A DNA stretch of 64,000 nt, from NCBI GenBank assembly GCA_016206155.1, contig JACQSC010000004.1, forward strand, positions 75,699 to 139,698, read 5' to 3'. A program made the position numbers and the translations under genes. Below the pieces are notes generated by a model. It was not told the DNA's origin. It saw nothing but the letters and a program-made list of their open reading frames with translations, and ran no database searches. Position 1 is the stretch's first letter; each line of letters begins with the position of its first letter. Below are positions 30,371-39,540 of the stretch, piece after piece. This stretch comes from Candidatus Uhrbacteria bacterium (GTDB taxonomy: Bacteria > Patescibacteriota > Patescibacteriia > JACQRZ01).

Positions 30371-31360
30371 TCAAGCGACACGAAGTTCGGCAAGATTTTT
30401 TTCAAAATCCTCGCCCGGCAAAACGGTATATTCACGCGCTTCCCCAGAAAGATCGCGGAACGCAAGATGCTCGGCGTGCAACATGAGCCGTCCACCTTCG
30501 CGAAACGGCTTCGGCGCGATTTTGCCTCCTTTTTTTCGTGGCGTATAAATCATATCGCCAACAATCGGATTTCCTTTAGAAAAAAAATGCACGCGTATCT
30601 GATGGGTGCGTCCGGTCTCAGGCATGACGCGTACAAGCGAATATTTTTTAAGATACTCCTCTACGTGGTATCGAGTCAGCGCAGAGCGCGTACCGTGTGA
30701 ACCCGCCGCCTGTTTTGTATAGTTCGTTTTTGAGCGGCTGATAGGGACATCAATAGTGCCCTCTTTTGGTATCACGCGCCCAAATGTGACGATGCGATAG
30801 CGCTTTACGACCTGCCGAAGCTTGAACTGGCGGACAAGCGAATCAAAACTCTCGTTCGTGCGAGCGACAACCATGATCCCTGATGCATCCTTATCCAATC
30901 GGTGCACAATGCCTGGACGAAGCGGATCGTCACCGACTTTTCGTATCTCGGGATATTTTTCTAAAATCCAATCAGCAAGCGTGGGGGGCTCGCCTTCACC
31001 ATGGCTTCGGCGCAGCATCGCTTCGCTCTGATGCACAACCATGCCCGCTGGTTTGTCAAGAATAATATAGTCGGGAGTTTCTGTGATAATGCGCGGCGAG
31101 AAAATGGGGTCTGGTCCCGTTACCACTGCTTGATTCTTAATTCGTAATTCTTGATTATGTCCTGTGCCTGACCTCATTTCAATGCTGTCGCCCTCTTTGA
31201 GAAAATGATGAGGTGCAACCTTCCGTTCGTTTACCGTAATCACCCCCTCCTTCACCATCTTCTGAATCTGGCTGCGCGAATATTCCTGAAGTTTCTTGGT
31301 TAAAAATAGATCAAGACGTTTGCCGATCTCTTCATTTCTAATTCTTAATTCCTGATTCAT
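30371..31360 (-). CDS. RluA-family 23S rRNA pseudouridine synthase (RluD-like) with S4 domain
   Basis: S4 domain and an HRLDKDASGIMVVAR catalytic motif. The start was set at Met18 of the track ORF. Contains low-complexity NQELRI(R/K)N repeats encoded by AATTAAGAA-type DNA repeats. Confidence 0.8.
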   Translation of the reverse strand: MNQELRIRNEEIGKRLDLFLTKKLQEYSRSQIQKMVKEGVITVNERKVAPHHFLKEGDSIEMRSGTGHNQELRIKNQAVVTGPDPIFSPRIITETPDYIILDKPAGMVVHQSEAMLRRSHGEGEPPTLADWILEKYPEIRKVGDDPLRPGIVHRLDKDASGIMVVARTNESFDSLVRQFKLRQVVKRYRIVTFGRVIPKEGTIDVPISRSKTNYTKQAAGSHGTRSALTRYHVEEYLKKYSLVRVMPETGRTHQIRVHFFSKGNPIVGDMIYTPRKKGGKIAPKPFREGGRLMLHAEHLAFRDLSGEAREYTVLPGEDFEKNLAELRVA

Positions 31361-31376
31361 AATTCTTCGTGGAGAT

Positions 31377-33047
31377 TTATGATTGCGCACCGTTACAGCG
31401 CAACCAGGCACCTGCTTGACGCCTTGTCTTTATTCTCCCCGATAGCTGTTCTTCGCGCAACAGTTCTCGCAGTTCGCCGACGCGCGGACCCGGTTTAATG
31501 GCGCATATTCGCATAATCGCATCCCCGTCAAGCAGTGGCGGAGGAAGCGCGTGCTTGCGCAGGGTAAGGTTGTGCTGTTTTTCAAACGCGTGGCGCCGCT
31601 TCTTAAAAGCATAATATCCTTGAATGCCGACCCTCCCGCTTTCCTGAATCGAGGCAGACGAATCGCAAAAAACAAGACGCTGAAGCAGAGCTCCGCGGCG
31701 AGGATCATCATAAAAATACTTTTCAATCGTCCGGCTCCGCAGTTTATCAACGGTCGTCGTGAGAACAAGGAGGTGATTGCGCACGAGCCATGCAAGATCA
31801 TCGGCTGTTCCGTCAAACTCCGCGGCAGATGCCAAACGCAAACGATCTGCAACATGCCGCGCAATCTCCGCGCCTGCGCGATCGTGGCCATGCGTGCGGA
31901 TCCTGTCCGTCCCGTGCGTTTCTGGCGTTTGGAGCGTGGAGGGCTTGCCCGCATCATGAAACAACACCGCGAATGTAAGGAGCGCTGAATTGTTTTTCTC
32001 GCCAAACTCATTGGCGAATTTCTTACCCGCCAATACTGAGAGGGCCAGCCGCGTGTGCGTCCACACATCGCCCTCGCTGTGCCACCGCTTCTCCTGCGGG
32101 CATCCCTTCATTGTCAGCAATTCGGGAATGAGCAATTTGATAATGCCAAGATCGTCATACATATCTAACGCGCGGACAGGATCGGCAACAAACGTCTTTA
32201 CTATTTCCCTTGCGATGATCTCATAGGCAACAACACGCATGGTATTGCGATCTATTTTTTTTGTCAGCCGTTTTTCCGGAGCCATTTCTTTGTTGAGAAA
32301 TTTCGCCTTCTTCCTGATTACCTCAAGCGTCTCCTGCTCAATTTGAAATCCCAGTTGGCACGCAAAGCGCACTGCCCGGAGTATGCGCGAATAATCCTCG
32401 GCAAAGCGCGCCTGTGGTTTTCCAACCGTACGAATAATTTTTTTCTTTATGTCGGCAACCCCGCCGAACGGATCGATAACTTCCCTCGTTTTCAGATTTA
32501 GCGCAAGGGCATTGATGGTAAAGTCGCGCCGCGAAAGATCTTCTTCAATTGGAAGGCGGTGATCGGTCTTGATTTGAAAATCGCGATAGTGGCCGGTGCC
32601 GGCATCGGTGTGCTCGGTACGCGGAAGCGCAATATCGAAAACGGGGTCTGGCTCTGGTGGGGTCTGGCTCAATTTCGCGAAGCGAATTTGTGCCTGACCC
32701 CGTTCTGTGCCAGACCCCATTTTTGACATTTTTGGCAGAAACTTGAGAATGCCGAACTTTTTGCCGACCAAGCGCACGGTTCCATGTTTTTTGAAAAATC
32801 GCAAAAGCGCAGTAATCGGCACATTGCGTACGACAAAATCATAATCCTTTGTTGGCCGCGAGAGCAGCATATCGCGTACCGCACCGCCAACGAGAAATAC
32901 CTCTGCCAAAGGAAATTCCCTGCAAAGCGCTCTTACGAATCCAAACTGTGGATTACGTAATAGGGGCATTGTTTTTTTCTTTTGTGAAAAGGTTTTTTTC
33001 ATGCCATTGATGCCTTGACAAAAAGTTGCGTGATTAGGTTCATTCAT
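31377..33047 (-). CDS. cca: tRNA nucleotidyltransferase (CCA-adding enzyme) / poly(A) polymerase family with HD domain
   Basis: GGAVRD...DxD polymerase-beta head, RRDFTINAL and an HD motif LFHDAGK. Carries an in-frame insertion of a palindromic element (32643-32718). Confidence 0.75.
   Translation of the reverse strand: MNEPNHATFCQGINGMKKTFSQKKKTMPLLRNPQFGFVRALCREFPLAEVFLVGGAVRDMLLSRPTKDYDFVVRNVPITALLRFFKKHGTVRLVGKKFGILKFLPKMSKMGSGTERGQAQIRFAKLSQTPPEPDPVFDIALPRTEHTDAGTGHYRDFQIKTDHRLPIEEDLSRRDFTINALALNLKTREVIDPFGGVADIKKKIIRTVGKPQARFAEDYSRILRAVRFACQLGFQIEQETLEVIRKKAKFLNKEMAPEKRLTKKIDRNTMRVVAYEIIAREIVKTFVADPVRALDMYDDLGIIKLLIPELLTMKGCPQEKRWHSEGDVWTHTRLALSVLAGKKFANEFGEKNNSALLTFAVLFHDAGKPSTLQTPETHGTDRIRTHGHDRAGAEIARHVADRLRLASAAEFDGTADDLAWLVRNHLLVLTTTVDKLRSRTIEKYFYDDPRRGALLQRLVFCDSSASIQESGRVGIQGYYAFKKRRHAFEKQHNLTLRKHALPPPLLDGDAIMRICAIKPGPRVGELRELLREEQLSGRIKTRRQAGAWLRCNGAQS
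32643..32718. repeat. GGGGTCTGGCTCA...TGTGCCTGACCCC palindromic element inserted in-frame in the cca coding sequence
   Basis: Two left arms, a core palindrome AATTTCGCGAAGCGAATT, a right arm and an inverted left arm. Encodes KMGSGTERGQAQIRFAKLSQTPPEPDP. Confidence 0.65.
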
Positions 33048-34019
33048 TCTATACTGTTATAAGAACCTTTACAACGATTAACATCCTGGGCCGAGCGGCG
33101 CAGAGCGTCTTACGAGAGTAGGATGTTCACGCCGCTTGACCCCAGCCCCTCTCGGCTGAAGAGCGAGCCGCCCCCCGCGGCTCGCTCTCAAAAGCTTAAC
33201 GACGACATGGAGACCGGTCGTGGCTCACCCACGGCTCGAGAGAGACCTTAGAAGGTTCCTCGCCCTTCCGCTATGGAAGGTGGGTAGAAATGTCTCGGGA
33301 GAGAAGAGGGGGAGTGACCGCGCGAACACAGCGCCGCGGTCCCGAAAGGTGCTTCAGAGAAACAAGTTTTTTTGAAGCCTCCCTCCTCTTCCCGCCGAAA
33401 GTCGGGGTCCTCGGCTTGAGGTTCGATGAATATCGGACTTCGCTCTGAGTTGATCTCGCACCCCCCTAAACGGCCCTCTTGTTTTGTAAAACAAGCTGGG
33501 CTGTTTTTCATTTTTATATTTTTTTACACAGCTTATACACAAGCAACGCACAGCCCATCACCAGCTTTTCACCATACTTATCATCAGAACTGTGAACAAA
33601 CACCTCCTTGAAATAAAATAAAAAACAGGTAACATTGATGCCACTGCTCCGGGGGAAAAATGCCTCCCGTTCCTCTCTTGGTGGGAGGGAACGCCACGCA
33701 TTCACATTAAGGAGCTCCACGGAGCTTCAGCAGATGCGTGGATAAAGGAGACACCCCCACAGGGCACGCCCTCCAATGGAGGGGTGGGGCAGGGCGCGCC
33801 GACAACGGCGACAATTATCCAAGCGACGCTTGTTCGCGCGCCCGCCCCTCGATTTCGAGGGCGCTTGAACGTACTCCGTTCGCGCCCTCAACTCTTTTCA
33901 AAATAGGATATTTGTGCTATCATAATATATAGGTATGCTGAAGTGCATGCTATGGTTTTTGTTATGTTTGCACGCATGGCTCAGTTCGTTATCAACCTTA
34001 AATTGATTCTCCTTTCTAT

Positions 34020-34096
34020 GGGCGGCTAGCTCAGTTGGTTAGAGCGTCACATTGACATTGTGAAGGTCACAGGTTCGAGTCCTGTGTCGCCCACCA
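34020..34096 (+). tRNA. tRNA-Val, anticodon GAC, CCA encoded
   Basis: Acceptor GGGCGGC/GTCGCCC, anticodon loop UUGACAU, T arm ACAGGTTCGAGTCCTGT. Confidence 0.85.
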
Positions 34097-34103
34097 TTTT
34101 CCA

Positions 34104-34176
34104 GGGCCGGTAGTTCACCTGGTAGAACGCCTCGTTTGCAACGAGGAGGTAAGCGGTTCGAGTCCGCTCCGGTCCA
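34104..34176 (+). tRNA. tRNA-Ala, anticodon UGC, no encoded CCA
   Basis: G3:U70 pair, anticodon loop UUUGCAA, T arm AGCGGTTCGAGTCCGCT. Confidence 0.85.
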
Positions 34177-34398
34177 AAATGAATGAAATGAATTTTTGAA
34201 CGGAAGAAGTATCCAGTGGATACTTCGGCGGACGAGAAGGGTTGCGACAACGGGAAGCAACCCCGGTGCCCGAGTCGGAGCGAGGGAGAGTCCCCGCACG
34301 AGGCGGGCAGGCGCTCCGGTCCAAAAAAATTTTTAATAAAAACATTGTGAAAACATTCTCGCGATGTTTTTTTTGTGCTATACTAAAAGAAGTTTAAA

Positions 34399-34440
34399 TT
34401 GCCGCGTTCCTGCCTACCGCAGGCAGGCACGGGAATGACA
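34399..34440. repeat. degenerate copy of the TGTCAT...GGGAATGACA hairpin family
   Basis: TTCCTGCCTACCGCAGGCAGGCACGGGAATGACA. Confidence 0.4.
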
Positions 34441-34465
34441 CATAACAAGGAAGGAGGTGAACGAC

Positions 34466-34570
34466 ATGCCAGCAAAAAAGAAAAAGGCGCCAGCAAAGAA
34501 AGCAGCGCCAAAGCGCAAAGCAGCAAAAAAAGCAGCGCCAAAGCGCAAAGCAGCAAAGAAAAGGAAATAA
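34466..34570 (+). CDS. 34-aa Lys/Ala/Pro-rich basic peptide (histone H1-tail-like)
   Basis: MPAKKKKAPAKKAAPKRKAAKKAAPKRKAAKKRK. Strong SD (AAGGAAGGAGGTG) 7 nt upstream, a tandem AAPKRKAAKK repeat, and an intrinsic terminator immediately after. Confidence 0.45.
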   Translation: MPAKKKKAPAKKAAPKRKAAKKAAPKRKAAKKRK

Positions 34571-34595
34571 GATCGTTCTTTCTGCACGCAGAAAA

Positions 34596-34639
34596 ACACA
34601 TAATCCCGTATTCACATGAAGCGGGATTATGTGTTTTTT
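34596..34639 (+). terminator. rho-independent terminator after the Lys-rich peptide gene
   Basis: ACACATAATCCCG...CGGGATTATGTGT stem followed by a T6 run. Confidence 0.65.
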
Positions 34640-34714
34640 GTTATGTTCAAAGGTTTTCTAGTCTCATCTTCAATGTGGTCGATGAGATGCTCGCTATAAA
34701 AAATTTATACTTTT

Positions 34715-36022
34715 TCACTCAAATAATTCTTTCTGCGCCTTCTTCTTTGCGTGTGTAACAGCGATGCGTCCATATTCACCATCATATCCAGGAATGATGT
34801 CCACGTTACCGGCACGCATGTTCTCTATCGCATGAGCAATATCTTCTCCAACGTTCATAGAAATTTCTTCGATCGCACAATTCAACAAAACATCAAATTC
34901 TGTACCACACCTGTTGATAACTTTTTTATACATCTCTTTCACTTTTTTTGATTGTATACCAACACCAAGCGTATGCGAGATGAGTTCTTGCAATGGAATG
35001 ATGTTGGTGAATGGTGTGCGAGAAATTTTTTTTATCTGTTGCTCGTCTTGATCGGCAAGATTCATAACGCGATTCAGTACGCCAACCGTTAATGGTTTTT
35101 TGCAGTGCGGGCAAATGCCATGGAGTTTTCTCGTTTGCGCAGGTTCGCAGGAAAATCCGCACAAACGATGTCCGTCCAGATGATACTTCCCCTCCTCTGG
35201 AAAAAATTCGATAGTAGAATCAAGCGACAATTCTGGCGTTTGGCGCACGCCTTCGCTTATTGAGCGAACAAGAGAGGCGTACGTCAGTGTATCGCCTGTA
35301 AACACCGTTGCCTCGCGGCCGAGTTTTTCAAGTGAGTGTGCGTCGGAGTTGGACACAAGCGCAATATCATTGAGCCCAGACAAACGCCAGTTCATGGCCG
35401 GATCTGATGAAAGCCCTGTTTCAATAGCGCGTATACGCGGAGTCAATTCGTCAAAACATTCCTCCAAAGAATCAAATCCGGAAAACGAACCGAATACCGA
35501 GAACCACGGCGTCCACGCGTGGGCGGGAATAAAAAAACAATCATCGGAAATATCAAGAATCATTCTCATGAGTTTTGTCACGTCGATTCCCAAGATGGGA
35601 CGGCCGTCTGATGCGATGTTGCCGATTTTGGAAAGTGCGCTGTTAATTTTTTCAACAACAGCAATGGTTGGCGCAAAGACAATGATATGAATGCGCCGAC
35701 CCTTTCCATTTTTTGAATAGATGCATGAGAGCTCGGTCGTGAGAATAAATTGCTGAGGCGCACGTACAAGAGCAGGAGAAAATTCCCCGGTAATATCATC
35801 GGCGATTTTTCGATATTCTTTTTTTAGTTCATACAAACCGTCTGATGTTTCTTCAAGTTTTTCTTTGAGTTCGCAAAACCACTGCGGATGCGTAAAATCC
35901 GCGCATGACACGACATTGATTCCCTTGATGCGCGACCACGCGGATATATGCTCAAGATCGAGACTCTTGCTGCACGCGCGCGAATACTTTGAGTGGATAT
36001 GAAAGTCGGCGATGTATTTCAT
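34715..36022 (-). CDS. PHP-domain protein with zinc-finger, endonuclease Q-like
   Basis: MKYIADFHIHSKYSRACS PHP N-terminus, a CPHCKKP zinc finger, 435 aa. Confidence 0.6.
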   Translation of the reverse strand: MKYIADFHIHSKYSRACSKSLDLEHISAWSRIKGINVVSCADFTHPQWFCELKEKLEETSDGLYELKKEYRKIADDITGEFSPALVRAPQQFILTTELSCIYSKNGKGRRIHIIVFAPTIAVVEKINSALSKIGNIASDGRPILGIDVTKLMRMILDISDDCFFIPAHAWTPWFSVFGSFSGFDSLEECFDELTPRIRAIETGLSSDPAMNWRLSGLNDIALVSNSDAHSLEKLGREATVFTGDTLTYASLVRSISEGVRQTPELSLDSTIEFFPEEGKYHLDGHRLCGFSCEPAQTRKLHGICPHCKKPLTVGVLNRVMNLADQDEQQIKKISRTPFTNIIPLQELISHTLGVGIQSKKVKEMYKKVINRCGTEFDVLLNCAIEEISMNVGEDIAHAIENMRAGNVDIIPGYDGEYGRIAVTHAKKKAQKELFE

Positions 36023-36029
36023 GTGGGAA

Positions 36030-36058
36030 GGGTATAGGGTTTATGGTATAGGGTTTAG
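36030..36058. repeat. TAGGGTTTA-type tract immediately upstream of the 36022 start codon
   Basis: GGGTATAGGGTTTATGGTATAGGGTTTAG. Confidence 0.55.
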
Positions 36059-36084
36059 TAAGGATGCGCAATACCAAAAAAACA

Positions 36085-36111
36085 AAAAATCACCCGCGAG
36101 GGTGATTTTTT
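36085..36111. terminator. hairpin plus T/A run downstream of 5S rRNA
   Basis: AAAAATCACCCGCGAGGGTGATTTTT. Confidence 0.6.
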
Positions 36112-36117
36112 GATAAA

Positions 36118-36222
36118 CTGGCACTGACCTACTTTCCCGCAGAGCAGTATCATCGGCGCTGAAGTGCTTAACGACCGAGTTCGGGATGGGATCGGGTGTT
36201 TCCACTTCGCTAAAAGCACCAG
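36118..36222 (-). rRNA. rrf: 5S ribosomal RNA (ends +/-5 nt)
   Basis: CUGGUGCUUUUAGCGAAGUGGAAACACCCGAUCCCAUCCCGAACUCGGUCGUUAAGCACUUCAGCGCCGAUGAUACUGCUCUGCGGGAAAGUAGGUCAGUGCCAG matches the bacterial 5S consensus. Confidence 0.85.
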
Positions 36223-36603
36223 AGAGATAGACCCCATTATCATGGGGCGCATGTCTCTGGAGGGCTTCAGATTTTATCTGAAGCCCTGCATATACAAAAG
36301 TCCTTATTATGGTCGAGATATATCGATCTATTAGTACGGCTCGGCTCAAAATCTTGCGATCCTTACACCTGCCGCCTATCAACCTCGTAATCTCCGAGGA
36401 ATCTTATAACGAAACCTAATCTTGAAGACGGCTTCACGCTTAGATGCTTTCAGCGTTTATCCGTGCCGAACGTAGCTACCCAGCGGTGCTCTTGGTAGAA
36501 CAACTGGTACACTAGAGGTTCGTTCATTGAGGTCCTCTCGTACTATCAATGAGCCTTCTCAAGTTTCAACGCCCACGGTGGATAGGAGACCGAACTGTCT
36601 CAC

Positions 36604-36812
36604 GCATGTTAATCCTTCTGTTTCCAGATGGCATGGACTATATCTTCACCCTTCAAAAAAATTCGAAGGGGCCAACGTGTAGTCTCTACGGACCCCCCGA
36701 TGGATATCGGGGTTGCCTCGGTATTCCCTTTGCCTAATGCTTTAGGGTTCACCGATATAGTTGGTGCTAGAACGATATTACTATCGCCAAACGCCGTATC
36801 GCAGATTGCGAT
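36604..36812 (-). mobile_element. group I intron, ORF-less, at the 23S site equivalent to E. coli 2593 (GAACGUC^GUGAGACAG)
   Basis: Exon sequence resumes exactly across the gap. The intron carries GAGACUACACG and AAGAUAUAGUCC group I core elements. Confidence 0.65.
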
Positions 36813-36846
<34 letters not shown>

Positions 36847-36873
36847 TGGCGAACAGCCAAACCCTTGGGAGCT

Positions 36874-37620
36874 CATTTCTGTTTTCCCGCATTACTGCGG
36901 ATATCAGACTATACCTTCACCATGGCATACCATGTTACCATGGTTGCTATAGGTGCGAACCGTATGATAAAAATTAATTTTATCGCATGATAATCTCCAA
37001 AAAAACTATCAATTAGTCGTTACGGGAGCTTCATTCTTTGATCATTATCGCATAGTTCCTCCGTCGACTTTTGGATCGAACGTTGAACGACGATAATGTA
37101 TCCGCCAACCGCGCAATATCGTACAGATTTTTTTTAGAACGAATATCTCTCTGCAAAATTGATTGTGCGATCACAATCTGTTTTTTCTTGCAGCGAGAAT
37201 ATGGTGCAATCTGTTGAAGGAACATGATTATTTCTTTTTGATCTCTCGCGACCCATTCATAGGTAGTGCGATTTGATCTGATATAACCAATTCCTGTCAC
37301 TGGAACTAACCACTCAACATCGTGCTTATGATATTGGGTTATCTTTACCGTAATGCGCACTCGAAAACCAAAACGCTTTTCGGCGTGTTTTTCAAGTGTC
37401 GCCATGATGGCACCGTCGCCATCTAAAAAACCTGCGATATATGCTCGGTCGACTTGGGAAAGAAGCTTTCCCACGGTATTAACCTTCATATACTCTCATT
37501 ATACCTGGGACCTGCGAAGTTGCAAGCCACCCGTTATAATGGAACCATCGAAGGCCTTCACCGTTTTGGGCTCGTTTATTACTCCGACGTTTCCGTCGGA
37601 GAGAGAAGGTAAATGGTTTT
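36874..37620 (-). mobile_element. group I intron at about E. coli 2535 region (CCUGGGGGUGGAG^AGCUCCCAAGG) carrying a LAGLIDADG ORF
   Basis: Exon identity is interrupted for about 750 nt, and the interruption contains ORF 37031..37489. Confidence 0.55.
37031..37489 (-). CDS. LAGLIDADG homing endonuclease (intron-encoded)
   Basis: IAGFLDGDGA motif, 152 aa. Confidence 0.85.
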   Translation of the reverse strand: MKVNTVGKLLSQVDRAYIAGFLDGDGAIMATLEKHAEKRFGFRVRITVKITQYHKHDVEWLVPVTGIGYIRSNRTTYEWVARDQKEIIMFLQQIAPYSRCKKKQIVIAQSILQRDIRSKKNLYDIARLADTLSSFNVRSKSRRRNYAIMIKE

Positions 37621-37652
37621 CTCCACCCCCAGGATGCGATGAGCCGACATCG

Positions 37653-38447
37653 TACATTCTTCTATTATTACTAATAGTGTGGACTATATCTTCTTCCTGC
37701 TTTAATCCGTGCAGGAGATGGCGTATTAGCCCTTCTTACATATAAGGGCTCTGATCGTTTCCGATCAAGTCTCTACGGGGTCATTACTCAATTTTATACT
37801 TCATGGAAGGAATCACGAATTTCGCGACTATCCCCTTCAGCGTGCGCACGCTTTCTTTCATAAACCTCACTCGATAGTAGGTCTTATCTTTATTCAAGCG
37901 CGCGTTCAGTCCCATATCCTTCAAGAATGCCAGCAGGGAGCTCTGGTCTGTCGGGGTAAATTGTTGAGTGTTCAAATAGAAGTCTGAATCTCTACATTTA
38001 CTTCCGTCATCCATAAACCATACCGCCAAACTTAATGGATTGAGTGTAATTGTGGGTACAACTTTCTTCCCCTCTTTATAAAAGAGGTTATAGAACTTGG
38101 TAATCTCTGGATGCTGCCGTGTGGTGAAGCGATATGCGATTCTTGAATTATTTCCTCTCCTTATTTTAGGACCGCTGGTAGAAATATTTTTCAGTATACT
38201 GTATTTCCAGTCAACGTATTCCTTCTGTATATACGAGTGATTAATTTCAAGAAGTACGTTTCGCCTTCCTTTCACAATGCGAGCGTATCCATCGCCAAGC
38301 AATGTACCTACTATTACGGATTTCTGAACTTGAGTAAGACTTCCCACGATATTGTCCATATGAGTATAGTATACCATATGGAGTTCATCGTTATAAGCCA
38401 TATTTTTGGTATGACATTACTGTCATAGCACCCCGATTTCGTCGTTA
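37653..38447 (-). mobile_element. group I intron at about E. coli 2500 (GGCACCU^CGAUGUCGG) carrying a LAGLIDADG ORF
   Basis: Exon breaks bracket ORF 37784..38401. Confidence 0.6.
37784..38401 (-). CDS. LAGLIDADG homing endonuclease, double-motif
   Basis: VGTLLGDGY and LAVWFMDDGS motifs, 205 aa. Confidence 0.85.
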   Translation of the reverse strand: MAYNDELHMVYYTHMDNIVGSLTQVQKSVIVGTLLGDGYARIVKGRRNVLLEINHSYIQKEYVDWKYSILKNISTSGPKIRRGNNSRIAYRFTTRQHPEITKFYNLFYKEGKKVVPTITLNPLSLAVWFMDDGSKCRDSDFYLNTQQFTPTDQSSLLAFLKDMGLNARLNKDKTYYRVRFMKESVRTLKGIVAKFVIPSMKYKIE

Positions 38448-38496
38448 AGGTGCCGAACCTTGCCGTCGCTGTGGACGCTTGGGCAAGACTAGCCTG

Positions 38497-39351
38497 TTCG
38501 TATTTTTTCTCTTATTCCTAAGAGTACTGACTATATCTTCATCCTCACATCACTCATGTGAGGAGTACGGCGTATTGGCCCGATATACTTCGGGCCCTCG
38601 TCCATAATGGACTTCAGTCGATACGGGGTTCTTCATCGATTTTATATCGCATACTTTGTATCATATGCGGAGCGATAATAGTACTAAGTTTTTTTGTTTC
38701 TGCTACAGAAAATTTGAGATTCATTGATCCATTTTTCTTCTTTTCGAGTTTCGGATGAAGGTCAAAATTTTCTTGAATCGCCCGTAAGAGTCGCCGCGTA
38801 TCGCGATCAGTATGTTTTGAGAGATAGATATACGCGGTCTTGTCGCGTTTATAATAATATCCATCATCCATATACCATACCGCCAATACAAGCGAATCTT
38901 TTAACAATCGACTTATACTTTCTGGAATCTGCTTTGCATGATCCTGATAAAAGATCATCCGCAGCTTTCCAAATTCTGACGATGAGTGTGATTGGCATCG
39001 AATAGAATAATAGAATTTTTTCCATGTTGGATGAAAGCGCGTGAGGATGCTCGGCTTTTGCATAAACCGACGCAACTCAGAAACCTTCCAAAGAAGGTAA
39101 TCCTTTTGCTGAAGCGAATGCTCCAGTCGAAGGCGCGCACTCTTTGTGCCAACACGTTGAATAAATCCATCACCCAGTACACATCCAATCACTATGTTTC
39201 GTTCACGTTGTGTCATAGTAGTTCTTGACAACGATGAAGAACTTCCCTCGGTATTACCCGTCCGATTGTCATCGGGTTTGGGCTTCACCGATATCAGCCG
39301 TTTTCGTGATCGAGCGTTGCCGCTCGATCGGGACAACAACCCTTTAAGGGT
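38497..39351 (-). mobile_element. group I intron at the E. coli 2449-equivalent site (GGGGAUA^CAGGCU, the I-SceI/omega site) carrying a LAGLIDADG ORF
   Basis: Exon breaks bracket ORF 38614..39216. Confidence 0.6.
38614..39216 (-). CDS. LAGLIDADG homing endonuclease, double-motif
   Basis: IGCVLGDGF and LAVWYMDDGY motifs. The start was set at the Met preceding the first motif; the track N-terminal extension lies in intron RNA. Confidence 0.8.
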   Translation of the reverse strand: MTQRERNIVIGCVLGDGFIQRVGTKSARLRLEHSLQQKDYLLWKVSELRRFMQKPSILTRFHPTWKKFYYSIRCQSHSSSEFGKLRMIFYQDHAKQIPESISRLLKDSLVLAVWYMDDGYYYKRDKTAYIYLSKHTDRDTRRLLRAIQENFDLHPKLEKKKNGSMNLKFSVAETKKLSTIIAPHMIQSMRYKIDEEPRID

Positions 39352-39540
39352 CTATCCCCGGAGTAGCTTTTATCCGTTGAGCTTCGACCATCCTATAATG
39401 GATCGTCGGATCACTAACTTCCGCTTTCGCGACTGCGCGACTTGTAGGTCTTGCAGTAAAGCTGGCTTTTGCGTTTGCACGTCTGCTTCCGTTTCCATCG
39501 GAAGTAAGCCAACCTTTGTAAACGCCTCCGTTACCTTTTA

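Noticed and set aside
33060-34019. tmRNA or RNase P RNA in the 950-nt GC-rich region
   Set aside because: No tRNA-like 3' end with a GGTTCGA-type T arm plus CCA, no tag reading frame, and no P4 (AGGAAAGUCCGGGCUCC / ACAGAA.CCGGCUUA) pair on either strand. A GAAAGUCGGGG stretch is adjacent to, rather than 250 nt from, its putative partner.
36041-36382. 113-aa and 65-aa minus-strand ORFs
   Set aside because: Overlap the 5S rRNA and the 23S 3' end.
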